From the IMG/VR virus record IMGVR_UViG_3300027304_000136, positions 1 through 63,053 of that record: a stretch of 63,053 nt of DNA; one strand, 5' to 3'. Under the pieces are notes generated by a model. It was not told the origin of the DNA and ran no database searches. It saw nothing but the letters and a program-made list of their open reading frames with translations. A program made the translations under genes and the position numbers. Source of the stretch: a virus (Duplodnaviria; Caudoviricetes). Positions 37,421 to 51,200 of this stretch are shown piece by piece. How positions within the stretch are numbered: the first letter of the stretch is position 1; the number at the start of each line of letters is the position of its first letter.

Positions 37421-37449
37421 AAAAGCAATCAGTGATGGTTGCTTTTTTT
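37421..37449 (+). terminator. Intrinsic terminator
   Basis: AAAAGCAATC..GGTTGCTTTT plus T-run. Confidence 0.75.
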
Positions 37450-37507
37450 ATGATATATAGATTGTCTACTGGTTGAATGTAGATAATCAAAGTAAATAAA
37501 ATGGACA

Positions 37508-37747
37508 GTGATAGTAAAAAAATTGAAACAAATACAACAACAGAAGAACCACCCGTCATTCTTCAAGGATTTATCGCTAATGTTAGCAATGTTCTTTCTG
37601 CCTTTCGGTTACGATGCCCTATTCAAATTGATAATGGATCTAAGCGGATCGTATTGGATAGCAGATATCGTGTTCTATTCTATCTCAGCCTGTTTTTTTA
37701 CATGCTACTTTTACTTAAAGCGTAAGGAAGAAAAGCAAAAAAAGTAA
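37508..37747 (+). CDS. Two-TM membrane protein
   Basis: AMFFLPFGYDALFK...YWIADIVFY; GTG start. Confidence 0.65.
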   Translation: MIVKKLKQIQQQKNHPSFFKDLSLMLAMFFLPFGYDALFKLIMDLSGSYWIADIVFYSISACFFTCYFYLKRKEEKQKK

Positions 37748-37774
37748 TTTATTTTCAACAAAAGTGAAAATAAA

Positions 37775-37811
37775 TTTTTTTATGTCAAATATTTTGTTTA
37801 TATTTACATAT
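37775..37811 (+). promoter_or_regulatory. Class A promoter
   Basis: TTTTTATGTCAAATATTTTGTTTATATTTACATAT. Confidence 0.8.
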
Positions 37812-37834
37812 CAACTAATTAAAAGAGAGAAGAT

Positions 37835-38401
37835 ATGCTATACAAGTTTAACAAAAACCAATTAACCCATGAAAAACTTTCATTTAAGAGTTATCTGAAA
37901 GTGTTTTGTATCATTACTGCGGTATTCACAATTTCTACATATATTTCCTATCGCAATGGCCAAATGACTGCCCTGAATGGCATGTCAGACATCGAGAGAA
38001 TCATCGAAATCAAAGAACATGATGTTTTTTCAAAGGATAAGATGGTTCAAATGATGAAAGACTTAAATGTCAAATATCCATGGATTCCAATGGCGCAGTC
38101 AATTGTAGAAACTGGACATTGGAAAAGCCACATCTTTAGGGAAAACCACAATCTATTTGGTATGAAAGAGGCCAAGCAAAGGGTAACCACTGCTCAAGGA
38201 ACTCAAAACAATCATGCGTATTACTCAACATGGAGAGAATCTGTGTATGATTACGCATTTTATCAAAGTAGATATTTAGGTTCGATCAATTCTGAAGCTG
38301 ATTATTATGCATATTTAGATGCTAGTTATGCTGAGAATCCAAATTACATTGCGGCAATCAAACAGGCAATCAAAGAACATGGCCTGAAAGAACTTTTTTA
38401 A
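37835..38401 (+). CDS. Membrane-anchored glucosaminidase (GH73)
   Basis: AQSIVETG, NHNLFGMK, YAENPNY; N-terminal TM. Confidence 0.88.
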   Translation: MLYKFNKNQLTHEKLSFKSYLKVFCIITAVFTISTYISYRNGQMTALNGMSDIERIIEIKEHDVFSKDKMVQMMKDLNVKYPWIPMAQSIVETGHWKSHIFRENHNLFGMKEAKQRVTTAQGTQNNHAYYSTWRESVYDYAFYQSRYLGSINSEADYYAYLDASYAENPNYIAAIKQAIKEHGLKELF

Positions 38402-38436
38402 GAAGATATATACAATAGTAAAATAAACTAGATATT

Positions 38437-38910
38437 ATGTCACATATTAAAGAAGGAAACGATCATGAAGTTGCAATGGCTCAAGCCAGTTTAAGAGCAA
38501 TTATTGACGCTGCGACTGAATTACAAGTTAAAGTTGGTACTATGGAAATCGACCTACCTGGTTGGATTCAAAACCACATTACTAATTCTGAAAATTATAT
38601 CAATCAAGCTAATCAAGGATTTCACAAATTACAAGAAGGTTTAGAACCTGAAGAAATCATATTAGATCCAAATGCAGGCAATCCATACGTACTTAATTAT
38701 GGATTATGGACAACCCAAAAAATGGGAAAATCTAATGCTCCTTCTTCAATTACTACAACTCTAGATCCTAATTTTGATCGTGATGAAATTACATACCAAG
38801 CACTTAAAAATGGTATGAGTAGAGAAGAATATGTTGCGCATTATGCTCAATCTGCAGATAATGCATTAGATGGATCTATGGGCGGAACAGAAGTAAATTC
38901 ACGCACTTAA
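38437..38910 (+). CDS. Hypothetical (probable virion) protein
   Basis: IKEG-NDHEVAMA..DLPGWIQ.HIT motif. Confidence 0.7.
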   Translation: MSHIKEGNDHEVAMAQASLRAIIDAATELQVKVGTMEIDLPGWIQNHITNSENYINQANQGFHKLQEGLEPEEIILDPNAGNPYVLNYGLWTTQKMGKSNAPSSITTTLDPNFDRDEITYQALKNGMSREEYVAHYAQSADNALDGSMGGTEVNSRT

Positions 38911-38998
38911 TAATAATCATTTTTTAAAAACTTCGAATTAGAATATTATCTGTTTTTATCAAGAATATATAAATTGATAAAAATAGATAGGACTAATC

Positions 38999-39394
38999 GT
39001 GTATCCAGAAAATTCAGACAACCAGTCACCAAAAGAACTAGTCGAAGGCTTATACCGAGCATTCGATTCATTCCGTCGTAAGATGGAAGATCCTTCGTAT
39101 ATTCAACTTGAAGCATCAATTAAACAATTGATAGATAATCAAAATGAAATGAAGGCCGAAGTCCGCGAACTTAAGAAACAATTACTTAATCCAAACGATG
39201 GAATCGTTGTTGCTGTGAATAAGAATACTGCATTCAGACATAGAACAGAAGAGAACGAAGACGAATATTTAGACTTCATCAGAGAACATAAAGAACTTAT
39301 GAAATTCAAATCTGGAGTTACCAAAATCATGTGGGGATTGGCATCTGGTATAGGATCTCTTATAATTTATTATCTAACAAAAATGCAACGTTAA
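38999..39394 (+). CDS. Coiled-coil protein with C-terminal TM
   Basis: GTG start; hydrophobic C-terminus. Confidence 0.7.
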   Translation: MYPENSDNQSPKELVEGLYRAFDSFRRKMEDPSYIQLEASIKQLIDNQNEMKAEVRELKKQLLNPNDGIVVAVNKNTAFRHRTEENEDEYLDFIREHKELMKFKSGVTKIMWGLASGIGSLIIYYLTKMQR

Positions 39395-39397
39395 TAT

Positions 39398-39922
39398 ATG
39401 ATAGTAGATAGAATAACATTAGTACTAGCTTACATTTATTTAGATAATTTTCAATCGACGGAAGGTACTGTCGATTCGGTGTTATTAGTGAAAACTAATA
39501 AATTCAGAGGAGGTACAAAAACTCTTGCTAAAATGTCAATGCCAGAACTTGGAGCGTATTTAGAAAATATTGCACCAATCACGACTCAAGTTAGAGTTGA
39601 AAAAGATTGTATCGATCAAAGTTTATATGAGTTACGTAGTTTTAATATTAACTTAATTAACGGAGGTAACCGATTAATTGAATATCGCGAAGGAACAGGA
39701 TGGATATTGAAAGACGATGGTTCAGTTAATCCAGCTCAATTTAATGAATTCAATGACTACACCATAAAATTAAATGCAATTAAAGCCATTTACGATAAGC
39801 TCTATCTTGATGAGTATATTTTAGCACAGAAAGATTATATTGACTGCGGATATATTCAACAAATGTTCTCTGCAGAAATCGCTGAAATACTTGAATTATA
39901 TAAAATTTACAAAACATACTAA
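39398..39922 (+). CDS. Hypothetical protein
   Basis: ORF directly upstream of fibre genes. Confidence 0.7.
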   Translation: MIVDRITLVLAYIYLDNFQSTEGTVDSVLLVKTNKFRGGTKTLAKMSMPELGAYLENIAPITTQVRVEKDCIDQSLYELRSFNINLINGGNRLIEYREGTGWILKDDGSVNPAQFNEFNDYTIKLNAIKAIYDKLYLDEYILAQKDYIDCGYIQQMFSAEIAEILELYKIYKTY

Positions 39923-39930
39923 ATAGTTTA

Positions 39931-42900
39931 ATGACTAACTTAAAGAAAATAACAGAATACGTTTTCGATCACGGTAAAAATCGCGATGCGAACGGTTTTT
40001 ATGTTCCTATTATTCCAACAGACTTTGATCGTCCGTTGACCCATGAGGAAATGGACTATAACTTAGCCCTATCTGGCGAAATGATTAAAAATTATGCCAT
40101 TAGAGGAAATAACGGGACTGACGTTTATGAAATGGCTCATGCTGATATAGGAAAAACACTAGTCTTTAGACAAGACGGATCGGGTAATTACTACTGGTCA
40201 GTTGAGAATCTTACTTTAGGTGGTCCAACTGGTCCTCAAGGATTACAAGGAGTTACTGGAGCACAAGGAGTTACTGGACCTCAAGGTCTAACAGGATCTC
40301 AAGGAGTTACTGGAGCACAAGGTTCTACTGGAGCACAAGGTTCTACTGGTTCACAGGGTGTTACTGGACCTCAAGGATTTATTGGAGCTCAAGGAGTTAT
40401 TGGACAACAAGGATCAATTGGAGCTAGTACTAGATGGTACAGCCGACCAGGCATTCCTCCAGGTTCATTTCTTGGACCTTTTTTCGAAGGTGATCAGTAT
40501 TTAGATGTATCTAATGGTGAAATTTATGAATACGATGGTGCATCATGGCTTCCTGTAGGAAATATCGCTGGTCCTCAAGGATCTACCGGTGCTCAAGGAA
40601 GTATTGGAGTTCAAGGAACGACTGGTGCTCAAGGAATAACTGGTGCTCAAGGAAATCAAGGACCAACCGGTCTTCAAGGAACATTTGGAGCTCAAGGTAA
40701 CCAAGGTCCAACTGGAAATCAAGGTGTAGCAGGAACTAGTTCACTAGCTTCTATGACTTACACATTCACTCACGACACAACGACACCGACACAACCAGTT
40801 AATACTGGATTTGCAACATTTTTCGAACAAGAAGGATCATTTGTTATAAACGTAACCGACAACGGAGGCGTAGATAATACTAATAGATTTATTAGATCTT
40901 TTGAAAACAACGCGTTTGATTTAACACTTATTAGCTCTACACAACCTAGTAGGATCAATCAATATTCATTTGATAATGTCTTTGTAGATTTTACAACATT
41001 GGCAGCTGCTGGATGCGTTGTTATATATGGTGCAACTTATAATACTAATACGCCACCTTTATATAATCCAGGATCTGGAGGAGTTGGAGACATTACAATG
41101 TCCGGTAATATGAATACTGGACAACCAATATTTTCAAATTTCTTTGCTGATAAATGGACGGTAGATGGAGCTGGAGGATCACAAGGAAATACTGGAGCTC
41201 AAGGTAACCAAGGCCCAACTGGTTCTCAAGGAACTACTGGAACTCAAGGAACTACTGGAACTCAAGGAACTACTGGAACTCAAGGAACTACTGGTACTCA
41301 AGGAACTACTGGTACTCAAGGAAATCAAGGTCCTATAGGTTCTCAAGGAGATACTGGAACGGCATTTGAAATCGCACAAATTTTTAATAGCACTGCTGAA
41401 TTACTAAGTGGGACAATCGAAGCTGGTAAATTTGGTTTAGTTGCTGGTTCATTGGAACAAACAGATCCAGATTATGGTGCTCTATATTTATATGATGGAG
41501 CAAGCTGGACTTATATAACTGACATGTCAGTTGAAGGAGCTGCCGGAGTTCAAGGTCCTACAGGTCCTCAAGGAACTCAAGGAAGACAAGGTACTAATGG
41601 TACTAATGGAGCTCAAGGTAACCAAGGTACTACAGGTTCTCAAGGAAATCAAGGAACAAATGGTGAAAATGGTACCGGTTTTGATGGAGCTGTATCGGGT
41701 AGATGGATTTTAACCGGTGGCGACGCCGATAATGCTCTTCCGACATATTTTACCGTTAATGGCAACAACCCGATGGGTATTGATGTTTCTTTAATAACGC
41801 AATTCGCATGGAATATAAATTCACTTAATGGTAATCATGGTGGATGGTTAGAAATATTAGTTAATGTTGCATCGTATGGTAATCCTGAACAATTACCACC
41901 ACTTCTTCAAATAACTGATGTTAATACTGGTAACATTATTGGTTTATATGCCGTAACAAATGGAGAAGGAAATGAAAATGTTGGTGTAGTAACTGCTAGT
42001 TTTATATCAGGACAAGGAACATTAATTGAAGGAAACACATACTCATTCTCATTTGTATTAAATGGTGCAAATGGAACACAAGGAAATCAAGGTAACCAAG
42101 GACCGACTGGAATTCAAGGTTCAGCTGGAACTCAAGGTAACCAAGGACCAACTGGACTTCAAGGTAACCAAGGACCAACTGGACTTCAAGGAACTCAAGG
42201 TATAGAAGGAACAGATGGAACAGATGGAACAGATGGAACTAACGGTGCACTAGCTTGGACATATAGAATAAATACAACTAATTTAGAGGATCAAGATCCT
42301 GGAAATGATTACCTAAGTTTTAATGCAGATCCATTTACTTCAGCAACACAAATTAAAGTAGACGATAATCCATACGGGTTAAACACTACTCTTCATGACT
42401 TATTTTTAAATATTCAAAGTGGTTATTTAACCTTAACAGATCAAGCTAATCCTGGAACATATGTTACGTATCAAATAACTTCATGTATAGATGGTACAGC
42501 TACGAACGAAACTCAAGATGGAAGTTATGTAATATTTAATGTAACATTAGTTAGTACTTATGGTATACTAAATGATGAGAGTTTTGCTACTCTAAGTATT
42601 GCACTTGCTGGAGCTCAAGGTTCACAAGGAACAGCCGGAACAAATGGAAATCAAGGAAATCAAGGTCCGACAGGTCTTCAAGGAACTGTTGGAACACAAG
42701 GAACTGTTGGAACACAAGGAACTACAGGTGCTCAAGGAAATCAAGGTCCTGTTGGACAACAAGGAATTAAAGGAGATACTGGATTCCAAGGAAATACAGG
42801 AGCTCAAGGAAATCAAGGTCCTACTGGACAACAAGGTAGCCAAGGTCCTACTGGATTCCAAGGTCTTATAGGTTTCCAAGGTAACCAAGGTCCTACTGGA

Positions 42901-45261
42901 TTCCAAGGAGTTATAGGTGAACAAGGAGCAGCAGGAATAGATGCGGTATGGAACTTTTTAGGTCCATGGGACGGTGGTACTGTTTATAATATAGGTTCTG
43001 TCGTAACTCATGGTGGTGAAACTTGGTATTGTATACGATACGCACCTCAGGGTTATGGACCTTTTGGTGGTTATATTGATGGTGAAGAAGATTATTGGAT
43101 TTTAATTGCCGCAGCCGGATCAGAAGGAGCTCAAGGAACTGTAGGTTCTCAAGGAACTGTAGGTTCTCAAGGTAATCAAGGTCCAACTGGAATTCAAGGA
43201 ACTTACGGAGCTCAAGGAGATACTGGAACACAAGGAATTATTGGTTCTCAAGGTCGTCAAGGTCCTGTTGGATCTCAAGGTGTAGTAGGTACTCAAGGAG
43301 ACACTGGGATGGGATTTGAAATAGAAACTATATTCCCTGATCTTGAATCTCTATTATCATCAACGATATCAGCTGGTAAATTTGGTATTGTTGGAGCACC
43401 GCTTCCGCAAGATCATCCAGATTACGGAGCTCTTTATTTTTATAATGGTTCTTCATGGTTATACATAACCGATATGTCAGTTGCTGGAACAGCAGGTATA
43501 CAAGGTCCTGCTGGTCCACAAGGAACTCAAGGTCGACAAGGTACTAATGGTACTCAAGGAAATCAGGGTCCAACTGGTCTACAAGGAACTGTTGGAGCAC
43601 AAGGAGAAAAAGGATTCCAAGGAACTTCTGGAACAAATGGAACCCAAGGATTCCAAGGTAACCAAGGTCCAACTGGTCTACAAGGAACATTTGGAGCACA
43701 AGGAATCGATGGAGTACAAGGAGCAACTGGAATTGCATTAATTTGGCATATTGAAGGAAATGATCCAGAACCAACATATCCAGAACCATACGTATGGAAT
43801 ACTGGAGACCATTGGTTAAACACAACGAACGGCACTATATTCGAATGGAATGGTACATCATTTGTACCACTTGATGGAAACTTACAAGGACCTGCTGGAA
43901 ATCAAGGTAACCAAGGTCCAACCGGAGCAGGAACACAAGGTACTCAAGGAAATCAAGGTCCAACCGGAATCCAAGGTACTAATGGTACTCAAGGAAATCA
44001 AGGTCCTGTTGGAACTGGAACACAGGGTCCACAAGGAAATCAAGGTCCGATCGGTAATCAAGGTGTTACCGGAGGAGAAGGTCCTCAAGGAACACAAGGA
44101 CGTCAAGGAGGAAATGGTCCTCAAGGAAATAATGGAATGCAAGGTAACCAAGGTCCTACAGGATTCCAAGGTATTACTGGAGCCGGTACTCAAGGAAATC
44201 AAGGTCCAACTGGAACTGGAACTCAAGGAACTCAAGGTCGACAAGGTCCAACTGGAGCTGGATTCTCAATAATATACGATCAAATATTATATGTTGATCT
44301 GAATGGTAATGATGCAACTGCAGTTTTAGGAGATCCAACAAATCCATGGGCTACTATCGAAGCTGCATTTAATTATTGTATAACCGAATCTATTACAAGA
44401 TATGAGATTTACGTAAATCCTGGAGTACATAATTTAAACGTAGGTCATCAGGCTATAGATATTAGAGGAACTGTATCACTTAATCTATCACCAAATGTGA
44501 AAATAGTTGCGCAGGCTAGTAGTGGTGTTTGTATTTTTAATGCTGGAAGCGGATGCGACTTTAAAATAACCGGAGGTGGAAGAGCACACAGTCAAATATA
44601 TGTTGGAGCTAGAGGTTTAATACAAGGTGAAGATGGATCAGAAACTTTAATTTCACTTGAAAGTATATATGTTTATGTTGACTCTTCGGATACGGGTTAT
44701 GATGGAACTGTTGTTGAAGTTGTAAATGCTAGTTTAAAAATCGACAATTGTTATTTAGAACAAAGCGCATTAACCCCAGATGAAGCAACTGGAGCTTCTG
44801 CATCAGTTATTAAATTAATTCAAGGAACAGTACGTTGTAAATCTTCTACATTAAAACTAAATGACTTCGGAGGAGATATAACAACCCTACCAGCTGTTGG
44901 ATCTGGAGATGCTCAATTATATTCTTGGATTATTAAAGAAACACAAAACGCTGATTTACATAGAATCATGTTACATCAAACAGCAATGATTGTTGAAAGT
45001 GGTGGTGGATTTATATTAACTAATCCTGGAATTTCAACAAGTAATAGAAGTCTTCTTTTAGATTCTGTTTATATGCATTCATTAACTGGATTACACGCAA
45101 CACTCTGGATGGATCAAACTGGTTCTACAGATACATATTATGTTGGTTCAAACTGCGTTTCAGGTGGTAAAGCACCGGAGGGAAATTGGTTACAATTACC
45201 TCCAGATTCAATGGTGCCAAATATTATAACGTTTGAAATACCAACAATAATGCCTTATTAA
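39931..45261 (+). CDS. Giant collagen-like (Gly-X-Gln) fibre protein with interspersed globular modules
   Basis: Extensive G-X-Y triplets; [12 protein letters not shown]-terminal motif; C-terminal beta-helix-like domain (YVD.NGND...PW.TI..A). Confidence 0.88.
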   Translation: MTNLKKITEYVFDHGKNRDANGFYVPIIPTDFDRPLTHEEMDYNLALSGEMIKNYAIRGNNGTDVYEMAHADIGKTLVFRQDGSGNYYWSVENLTLGGPTGPQGLQGVTGAQGVTGPQGLTGSQGVTGAQGSTGAQGSTGSQGVTGPQGFIGAQGVIGQQGSIGASTRWYSRPGIPPGSFLGPFFEGDQYLDVSNGEIYEYDGASWLPVGNIAGPQGSTGAQGSIGVQGTTGAQGITGAQGNQGPTGLQGTFGAQGNQGPTGNQGVAGTSSLASMTYTFTHDTTTPTQPVNTGFATFFEQEGSFVINVTDNGGVDNTNRFIRSFENNAFDLTLISSTQPSRINQYSFDNVFVDFTTLAAAGCVVIYGATYNTNTPPLYNPGSGGVGDITMSGNMNTGQPIFSNFFADKWTVDGAGGSQGNTGAQGNQGPTGSQGTTGTQGTTGTQGTTGTQGTTGTQGTTGTQGNQGPIGSQGDTGTAFEIAQIFNSTAELLSGTIEAGKFGLVAGSLEQTDPDYGALYLYDGASWTYITDMSVEGAAGVQGPTGPQGTQGRQGTNGTNGAQGNQGTTGSQGNQGTNGENGTGFDGAVSGRWILTGGDADNALPTYFTVNGNNPMGIDVSLITQFAWNINSLNGNHGGWLEILVNVASYGNPEQLPPLLQITDVNTGNIIGLYAVTNGEGNENVGVVTASFISGQGTLIEGNTYSFSFVLNGANGTQGNQGNQGPTGIQGSAGTQGNQGPTGLQGNQGPTGLQGTQGIEGTDGTDGTDGTNGALAWTYRINTTNLEDQDPGNDYLSFNADPFTSATQIKVDDNPYGLNTTLHDLFLNIQSGYLTLTDQANPGTYVTYQITSCIDGTATNETQDGSYVIFNVTLVSTYGILNDESFATLSIALAGAQGSQGTAGTNGNQGNQGPTGLQGTVGTQGTVGTQGTTGAQGNQGPVGQQGIKGDTGFQGNTGAQGNQGPTGQQGSQGPTGFQGLIGFQGNQGPTGFQGVIGEQGAAGIDAVWNFLGPWDGGTVYNIGSVVTHGGETWYCIRYAPQGYGPFGGYIDGEEDYWILIAAAGSEGAQGTVGSQGTVGSQGNQGPTGIQGTYGAQGDTGTQGIIGSQGRQGPVGSQGVVGTQGDTGMGFEIETIFPDLESLLSSTISAGKFGIVGAPLPQDHPDYGALYFYNGSSWLYITDMSVAGTAGIQGPAGPQGTQGRQGTNGTQGNQGPTGLQGTVGAQGEKGFQGTSGTNGTQGFQGNQGPTGLQGTFGAQGIDGVQGATGIALIWHIEGNDPEPTYPEPYVWNTGDHWLNTTNGTIFEWNGTSFVPLDGNLQGPAGNQGNQGPTGAGTQGTQGNQGPTGIQGTNGTQGNQGPVGTGTQGPQGNQGPIGNQGVTGGEGPQGTQGRQGGNGPQGNNGMQGNQGPTGFQGITGAGTQGNQGPTGTGTQGTQGRQGPTGAGFSIIYDQILYVDLNGNDATAVLGDPTNPWATIEAAFNYCITESITRYEIYVNPGVHNLNVGHQAIDIRGTVSLNLSPNVKIVAQASSGVCIFNAGSGCDFKITGGGRAHSQIYVGARGLIQGEDGSETLISLESIYVYVDSSDTGYDGTVVEVVNASLKIDNCYLEQSALTPDEATGASASVIKLIQGTVRCKSSTLKLNDFGGDITTLPAVGSGDAQLYSWIIKETQNADLHRIMLHQTAMIVESGGGFILTNPGISTSNRSLLLDSVYMHSLTGLHATLWMDQTGSTDTYYVGSNCVSGGKAPEGNWLQLPPDSMVPNIITFEIPTIMPY

Positions 45262-46484
45262 TGTCTACATTTAAGAATAGAAAAACAATATCTTACACAG
45301 GATCTCCTTCATATACTTTAGAACTTCAACATTCTGAATTCGTGATAGGAGATTCTCAAGTTGGTGCTTCGGGATTTAGCATAGTTTTACCAAGAACTCA
45401 AGGAGGAACTGGTACTATTAAACTGCTTGAGGGAATGTCATTTATTATATCAGATGAATATGGAAATATTACTGGAAACGGACCTTCGATCAGAACAAAC
45501 GCAAACGATGTTGCTGGTGAAGTAGCTGTTTATGTAAATGGAAGTAATGCTCAAAGTGGATATAATGGAGCATTAAAGGTACCTTACGCTTCTTATATTT
45601 TAATCTATGAAGGTAGTGGAACTTTCACTCTATTACAAGGAGGTTCAGGAGCACAAGGTCCAACTGGAAATGGAACTCAGGGACCACAAGGAAACCAAGG
45701 TCCGCAAGGAAGACAAGGACCACAAGGAAACCAAGGTCCACAAGGAAATCAAGGACCACAAGGAAATCAAGGACCACAAGGAGATAGAGGTTTTCAAGGA
45801 AATCAAGGACCACAAGGAGATAGAGGTTTTCAAGGAAACCAAGGACCACAAGGAAATCAAGGACCACAAGGAAGACAAGGCTCAAATGGATTAGATTCTA
45901 CAACAGCTGGTCCTCAAGGAAGACAAGGTCCGACAGGAGATGCTTCAACGGTTGCAGGTCCGCAAGGAAGACAAGGTCCGACAGGAGATGCTTCAACGGT
46001 TGCAGGTCCGCAAGGAAGACAAGGTCCTAGTGGATTAGATTCTACAACAGCAGGTCCACAAGGAAGACAAGGTCCGACAGGAAATACACTATCAACTAGT
46101 GGAACTTATTACATACAAGTATCTGATGGTGATGGTGGTGTTACCTCATCATCTGGAATGACTGGAAATACTAGTACAAATGTAATTACAGCAAGCGGTT
46201 TTTACCAAAGTTCAAGTCGAACTCTTAAGACCAATATAAAAGATTATACATATTCAGCTACTGATTTATTAAAATCGGTAAATGTTGTTGAATTTAATTA
46301 TAAGAATGATTTAGAAAATAAGCATATTGGTTTTGTCGCTGAAGATACTCCTATTGAGTTATCTACAAAAGATCAAAACTCAATGGACACTAACTCGACT
46401 GTTGGTATTTTAATTAAATCGATTCAAGAGTTAGAGGCAAGAATAAAAGAACTAGAAACACCTCAGAAATATGTCAAGAATTAA
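45261..46484 (+). CDS. Collagen-like fibre with C-terminal peptidase S74 intramolecular chaperone
   Basis: QGPQGN repeats; SSRTLKTNI...GFVAED...IKSIQEL. Confidence 0.88.
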   Translation: MSTFKNRKTISYTGSPSYTLELQHSEFVIGDSQVGASGFSIVLPRTQGGTGTIKLLEGMSFIISDEYGNITGNGPSIRTNANDVAGEVAVYVNGSNAQSGYNGALKVPYASYILIYEGSGTFTLLQGGSGAQGPTGNGTQGPQGNQGPQGRQGPQGNQGPQGNQGPQGNQGPQGDRGFQGNQGPQGDRGFQGNQGPQGNQGPQGRQGSNGLDSTTAGPQGRQGPTGDASTVAGPQGRQGPTGDASTVAGPQGRQGPSGLDSTTAGPQGRQGPTGNTLSTSGTYYIQVSDGDGGVTSSSGMTGNTSTNVITASGFYQSSSRTLKTNIKDYTYSATDLLKSVNVVEFNYKNDLENKHIGFVAEDTPIELSTKDQNSMDTNSTVGILIKSIQELEARIKELETPQKYVKN

Positions 46485-48180
46485 TGGATATGGAGTTACA
46501 GGCAATGAATTACAGGCAATGGTTAATGAACGTATTCTTCTTGCGAAAGGTTCAATTCCAGCAACTAATTATTGTTTAACTAATTCCGAAGTTTTTGCAG
46601 GAGCCTATGTTTATAAAGGCAGTGCGCCAACCGGTACATTTTTACCAGATACTCTTTTGTTCGCTCCGGTACAAAATCCGTTTGACGCTTCAAATTTTTT
46701 AGCAAATTTCACTAATATTAATCCGATCGGATCTCAATCTGTCCTATTTCAAACGGATCAAATTGCAAATCCATACCTAAATGTTGATTTATTTGGATAT
46801 GTAAATGGTGCACCCTTAAGATTAGATCCGGGTAGTAATTTAGATGGTTTATTTTTTGGAGGTCCTCAGTATTCTCCACAAATGAATCAATATGTTAAAG
46901 TTGGTAATAATGTATCAGTGCAGGCAAATTTTGGATTAAATGCTCAAGAAGGAGTAAACGAATGGGGTTGGGCTGCTGGTGGATATGGAGTATTAGAAAT
47001 ATGGGTTAATGAAGTTTTAACCAGCATACAAACAACCGGCTATAGGCCACCTGCATACAGTGCAAACGCAGTTAGTTTATCCTACAATTTTATAGTTCAA
47101 CCTAATACCGATTATCGTATTAGTTCTTATGCTGTTCAAAATCTTTCAGATGTTATAACTGACTGTAATGGACAGTCAACTTTGTATTTAGAACCTTCTG
47201 AAGTACAATCTTATTCCTTCGATGTAGGTCCTGGACCAGCAAGGTTTCAACTTAGAGCCCTATATGCTCGTAAATATTATAGTCCAAACTCATATCCTAC
47301 ATCAGGAAGTCTTAGTAACTCATGGTGGCAAGGGGATGTTAATGTAGGAGAAACTGATACAATATTAGCTCAAAATGGTTCTACTTACAACGGTGGTGCA
47401 TATCCAGATTTAGTACCGACTGACGCGATTCAAGGTTGGACGTTTATTACAGCTGGAGAAGAGCTTATTCACATAAATTTACGTGCTGGATCTCCAGATA
47501 CTGTATGGGAAATAAGTTCATATATTGGATGTTCAGTTCCTGGAACAGTTACTGCTTTGCACTGGTCTCCTGATACTTATGAAAACGCATGTGATTCAAA
47601 TTATAGTTATCATTATTTTGATGGTGTTGAAACAACGATTGATGGATTCACCGGATATAAAAATTATCTAGTAACTGGTAGTCTTGGTGTAAATGGTGTG
47701 ATTTCAGCATATCCCAATGGAACAGAATTAATTTCTAATACAGCATACGGTGTAGCAGGAAAAAGACAATACACATATCCTAGTTATGGTGATAGTGTAT
47801 ATCTAGGATATTCCGGTATGTTAGTGAATCCTGGATATTATTCAGATGGAACAAATTGGGTACAAGTTGGAGATTCAACAGCAACAACCGGATATAATAA
47901 TGGTGTAATTGTTGATTCTGGAACATGTCAATCTGGTATATTTTATTATTATAACAAGTATGATAGGAGCTGTAATATGATAGAAAGTGGAGGTATTCTA
48001 CAGTTATTAAGCCTTCCTTACGATGTGTGGTACAATGACACACATTCTGAATACTCATATCAATTATTTGGTCCTGCTCAACCTACTAATAATCCTGAAT
48101 ATATTTTTGCAGGTCAGCAATTTAATAGCAGTTTTTGTTCTAATACTGGTGGTGGAGGTTTCGAAGAATTTCAACCATAA
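46471..48180 (+). CDS. Putative virion/receptor-binding protein
   Basis: G/Y/N/S-rich beta protein; GYYSDG motif; located between fibres. Confidence 0.6.
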   Translation: MSRINGYGVTGNELQAMVNERILLAKGSIPATNYCLTNSEVFAGAYVYKGSAPTGTFLPDTLLFAPVQNPFDASNFLANFTNINPIGSQSVLFQTDQIANPYLNVDLFGYVNGAPLRLDPGSNLDGLFFGGPQYSPQMNQYVKVGNNVSVQANFGLNAQEGVNEWGWAAGGYGVLEIWVNEVLTSIQTTGYRPPAYSANAVSLSYNFIVQPNTDYRISSYAVQNLSDVITDCNGQSTLYLEPSEVQSYSFDVGPGPARFQLRALYARKYYSPNSYPTSGSLSNSWWQGDVNVGETDTILAQNGSTYNGGAYPDLVPTDAIQGWTFITAGEELIHINLRAGSPDTVWEISSYIGCSVPGTVTALHWSPDTYENACDSNYSYHYFDGVETTIDGFTGYKNYLVTGSLGVNGVISAYPNGTELISNTAYGVAGKRQYTYPSYGDSVYLGYSGMLVNPGYYSDGTNWVQVGDSTATTGYNNGVIVDSGTCQSGIFYYYNKYDRSCNMIESGGILQLLSLPYDVWYNDTHSEYSYQLFGPAQPTNNPEYIFAGQQFNSSFCSNTGGGGFEEFQP

Positions 48181-48243
48181 CAAAATACTTTTCTAATTTA
48201 AAATAGATACATAGATTAAATACCAAAAATAAGTCTATTTTAA

Positions 48244-51200
48244 ATGGCAGTTTTCAAAAATATTGCAACTATAAATCCAACTGATGGAAATCCTTTTTAT
48301 GTTCTAAGCTTACAAAGTTCAGAATTTGTTTTAGGTTCTAGTGCTGGCGATTTCACCTTTGGAATTGTTTTACCAAAAGTTAATCAAACTGGAACTATTA
48401 AATTAGTTCCTGGAATGAAATTCACAATCACAGACAGGGATGGTTATATTACAAGCGGAGGTCCACAAATATTCAGACACGTTAATGAAACATCTACTGT
48501 TATTATTAATGGCCAGTCTATAACGGCATCCGTTGGTTATTCAATGATGGATGTACCTTTTACATCCTATGTTCTTACCTACAACGGTGATGGAATATGG
48601 ACGATGCTTGAGGGTGCTGATGGTAATATAACAGGAGCTACTGGAGCTACTGGAGCACAAGGAGACAGAGGTTTTCAAGGTTTTCAAGGAAATAATTCAA
48701 CAGTTGCTGGACAACAAGGAAGTCAAGGTGCAACTGGAACAGGAGCACAAGGTACCCAAGGTAATCAAGGCCCAGACGGTATTCAAGGAACTGCAGGTTC
48801 TCAAGGAACCCAAGGTCGACAAGGCCCAACCGGTATTGGAACCACTGGTTCCCAAGGAACTACCGGACAAGGTTTTAGCATACATCAAATTTACAATTCA
48901 GTAGAAGAACTTTTATCAAACACAATACCAGATGGTTTATTTGGTTTGGTTGCGGGTACATTACCACAAGACGATCCGAATTACGGTAGTCTATATTTAT
49001 ATACTGCTGGAACATGGACTTATATAACAGATATGTCAGTTCAAGGAGCTGCTGGTATTCAAGGAACTCAAGGTGGTTTAGGCTCTCAAGGTCGACAAGG
49101 ACCAACAGGAGTTCAAGGTGCTGTAGGTTCTCAAGGAAATCAAGGTCCGACCGGTCTACAAGGTATTGAAGGACAACAAGGTACTGAGGGACAACAAGGA
49201 GACCAAGGTACTACAGGTCCACAAGGAGAACAGGGAACTTATGGTGCTCAAGGAAACGATGGAATTAATGGAATTAATGGAGACCAAGGAGCAACTGGTC
49301 CACAAGGAAATACTGGAGCGCAAGGACGTCAAGGTCCGACTGGCCAACAAGGTAATCAAGGAAATCAAGGTGATACTGGTCCCCAAGGTATTGAAGGACA
49401 ACAAGGAAATCAAGGTCCAACAGGTGATCAAGGAACTGCTGGAACTAATGGATCTGTTGGAGGTGGAATATTCTATGCAAATTTATATGGTGGACAGATA
49501 GATGAACTAGGATCATGGATGTGGGTTAATGGTTTTAGTAATAATGAATATTTTACACCCACTGCAACATATGCACTTTATTTAAGTGGTAATTTATATA
49601 CAGATTCTACTTTTACTACAGCAATAGACATCGAGTCAATAAGACTTAATCATGGAGCCGGCGATTATATTCAATTAATGGCAGTAGATGGATCTGGATT
49701 TGGAACTTATAAAATAACAAGTAGATATGATAGTGATACTCCAGGACATACTAATGGTTCAGTTTACCAATTACAAGGTATTGGTGGAGCTGGAATTGTT
49801 GGAAATAACGTAGAAAATTATGAAGTATCGGTTTCTTTTCAGAAATCAGGTCCACAAGGATATACTGGATCTACAGGCCCACAAGGAACTACTGGTGCTC
49901 AAGGTATTCAAGGAACATTTGGACAACAAGGAAACCAAGGACCAACCGGTCTTCAAGGTACCCTAGGACAACAAGGAAATCAGGGTCCAACTGGTCTACA
50001 AGGAACATTTGGTGCTCAAGGTGATCAAGGATTAACAAGTAAATGGCACGCTGAATTTGGCGCTCCAATGCCATGGCCACATCCTTATGGCGAAGAATAT
50101 AATTTTGGAGATCACTGGTTAAATGCAGATACAGGAGATGTATTTGAATTTGATGGTATGGAATTTATTTTAGTAGGAAATATACAAGGTCCAACTGGAA
50201 TTCAAGGAACTACTGGAACTCAAGGTAACCAAGGTCCTACTGGAACTGGAGCACAAGGAACTGCTGGTGCTCAAGGAAACCAAGGACCAACTGGACTTCA
50301 AGGTAACCAAGGACCAACTGGTATACAAGGAACATTTGGACAACAAGGAAATCAAGGACCAACTGGTATACAAGGAACATTTGGACAACAAGGAAATCAA
50401 GGACCAACCGGTCTTCAAGGTACCCTAGGACAACAAGGAAATCAAGGTCCAACTGGTATCCAAGGAACCTTAGGACAACAAGGAAATCAAGGACCAACCG
50501 GTCTTCAAGGTACCGTAGGACAACAAGGAAATCAAGGTCCAACTGGTATTCAAGGAACTTTAGGTCAACAAGGTAACCAAGGACCAACTGGTATTCAAGG
50601 AAATATCGGTCAAGGTTTTAACATATACCAAATTTACAATTCAGTAGAAGAACTTTTAGCAGATAACATACCAAGTGGTTTATTTGGTTTAGTTGCTGGA
50701 ACTTTACCACAATCTAATTCAGATTACGGTGCTTTATATTATTATGATGGTGAAGTATGGACTTATATAACTGATATGTCGGTTCAAGGAGCTGCTGGTA
50801 TTCAAGGAACTACAGGTGCTCAAGGTCGACAAGGACCAACAGGAGTTCAAGGTAATCAAGGCCCTACCGGTATTCAAGGAACTTTAGGTCAACAAGGTAA
50901 CCAAGGACCGACTGGATTCCAAGGTAACCAAGGACCGACTGGTATCCAAGGAACATTTGGACAACAGGGAAATCAAGGTCCAACTGGTCTTCAAGGAACC
51001 ATAGGTCAACAAGGAAATCAAGGTCCAACCGGTATTCAAGGAACCTTTGGACAACAAGGAAATCAAGGACCAAATGGTATTCAAGGAACAGTAGGTACTC
51101 AAGGTTTTCAAGGTCGACAAGGACCACAAGGAAATCAAGGACCAACTGGTATTCAAGGAACATTAGGTAATCAAGGATTCCAAGGTCTATCTTTAAACTG

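Noticed and set aside
37501-37725. Alternative ATG ORF overlapping 37508-37747
   Set aside because: The 37508 frame gives a coherent two-TM protein filling the gap; overlapping frame judged spurious, though not proven
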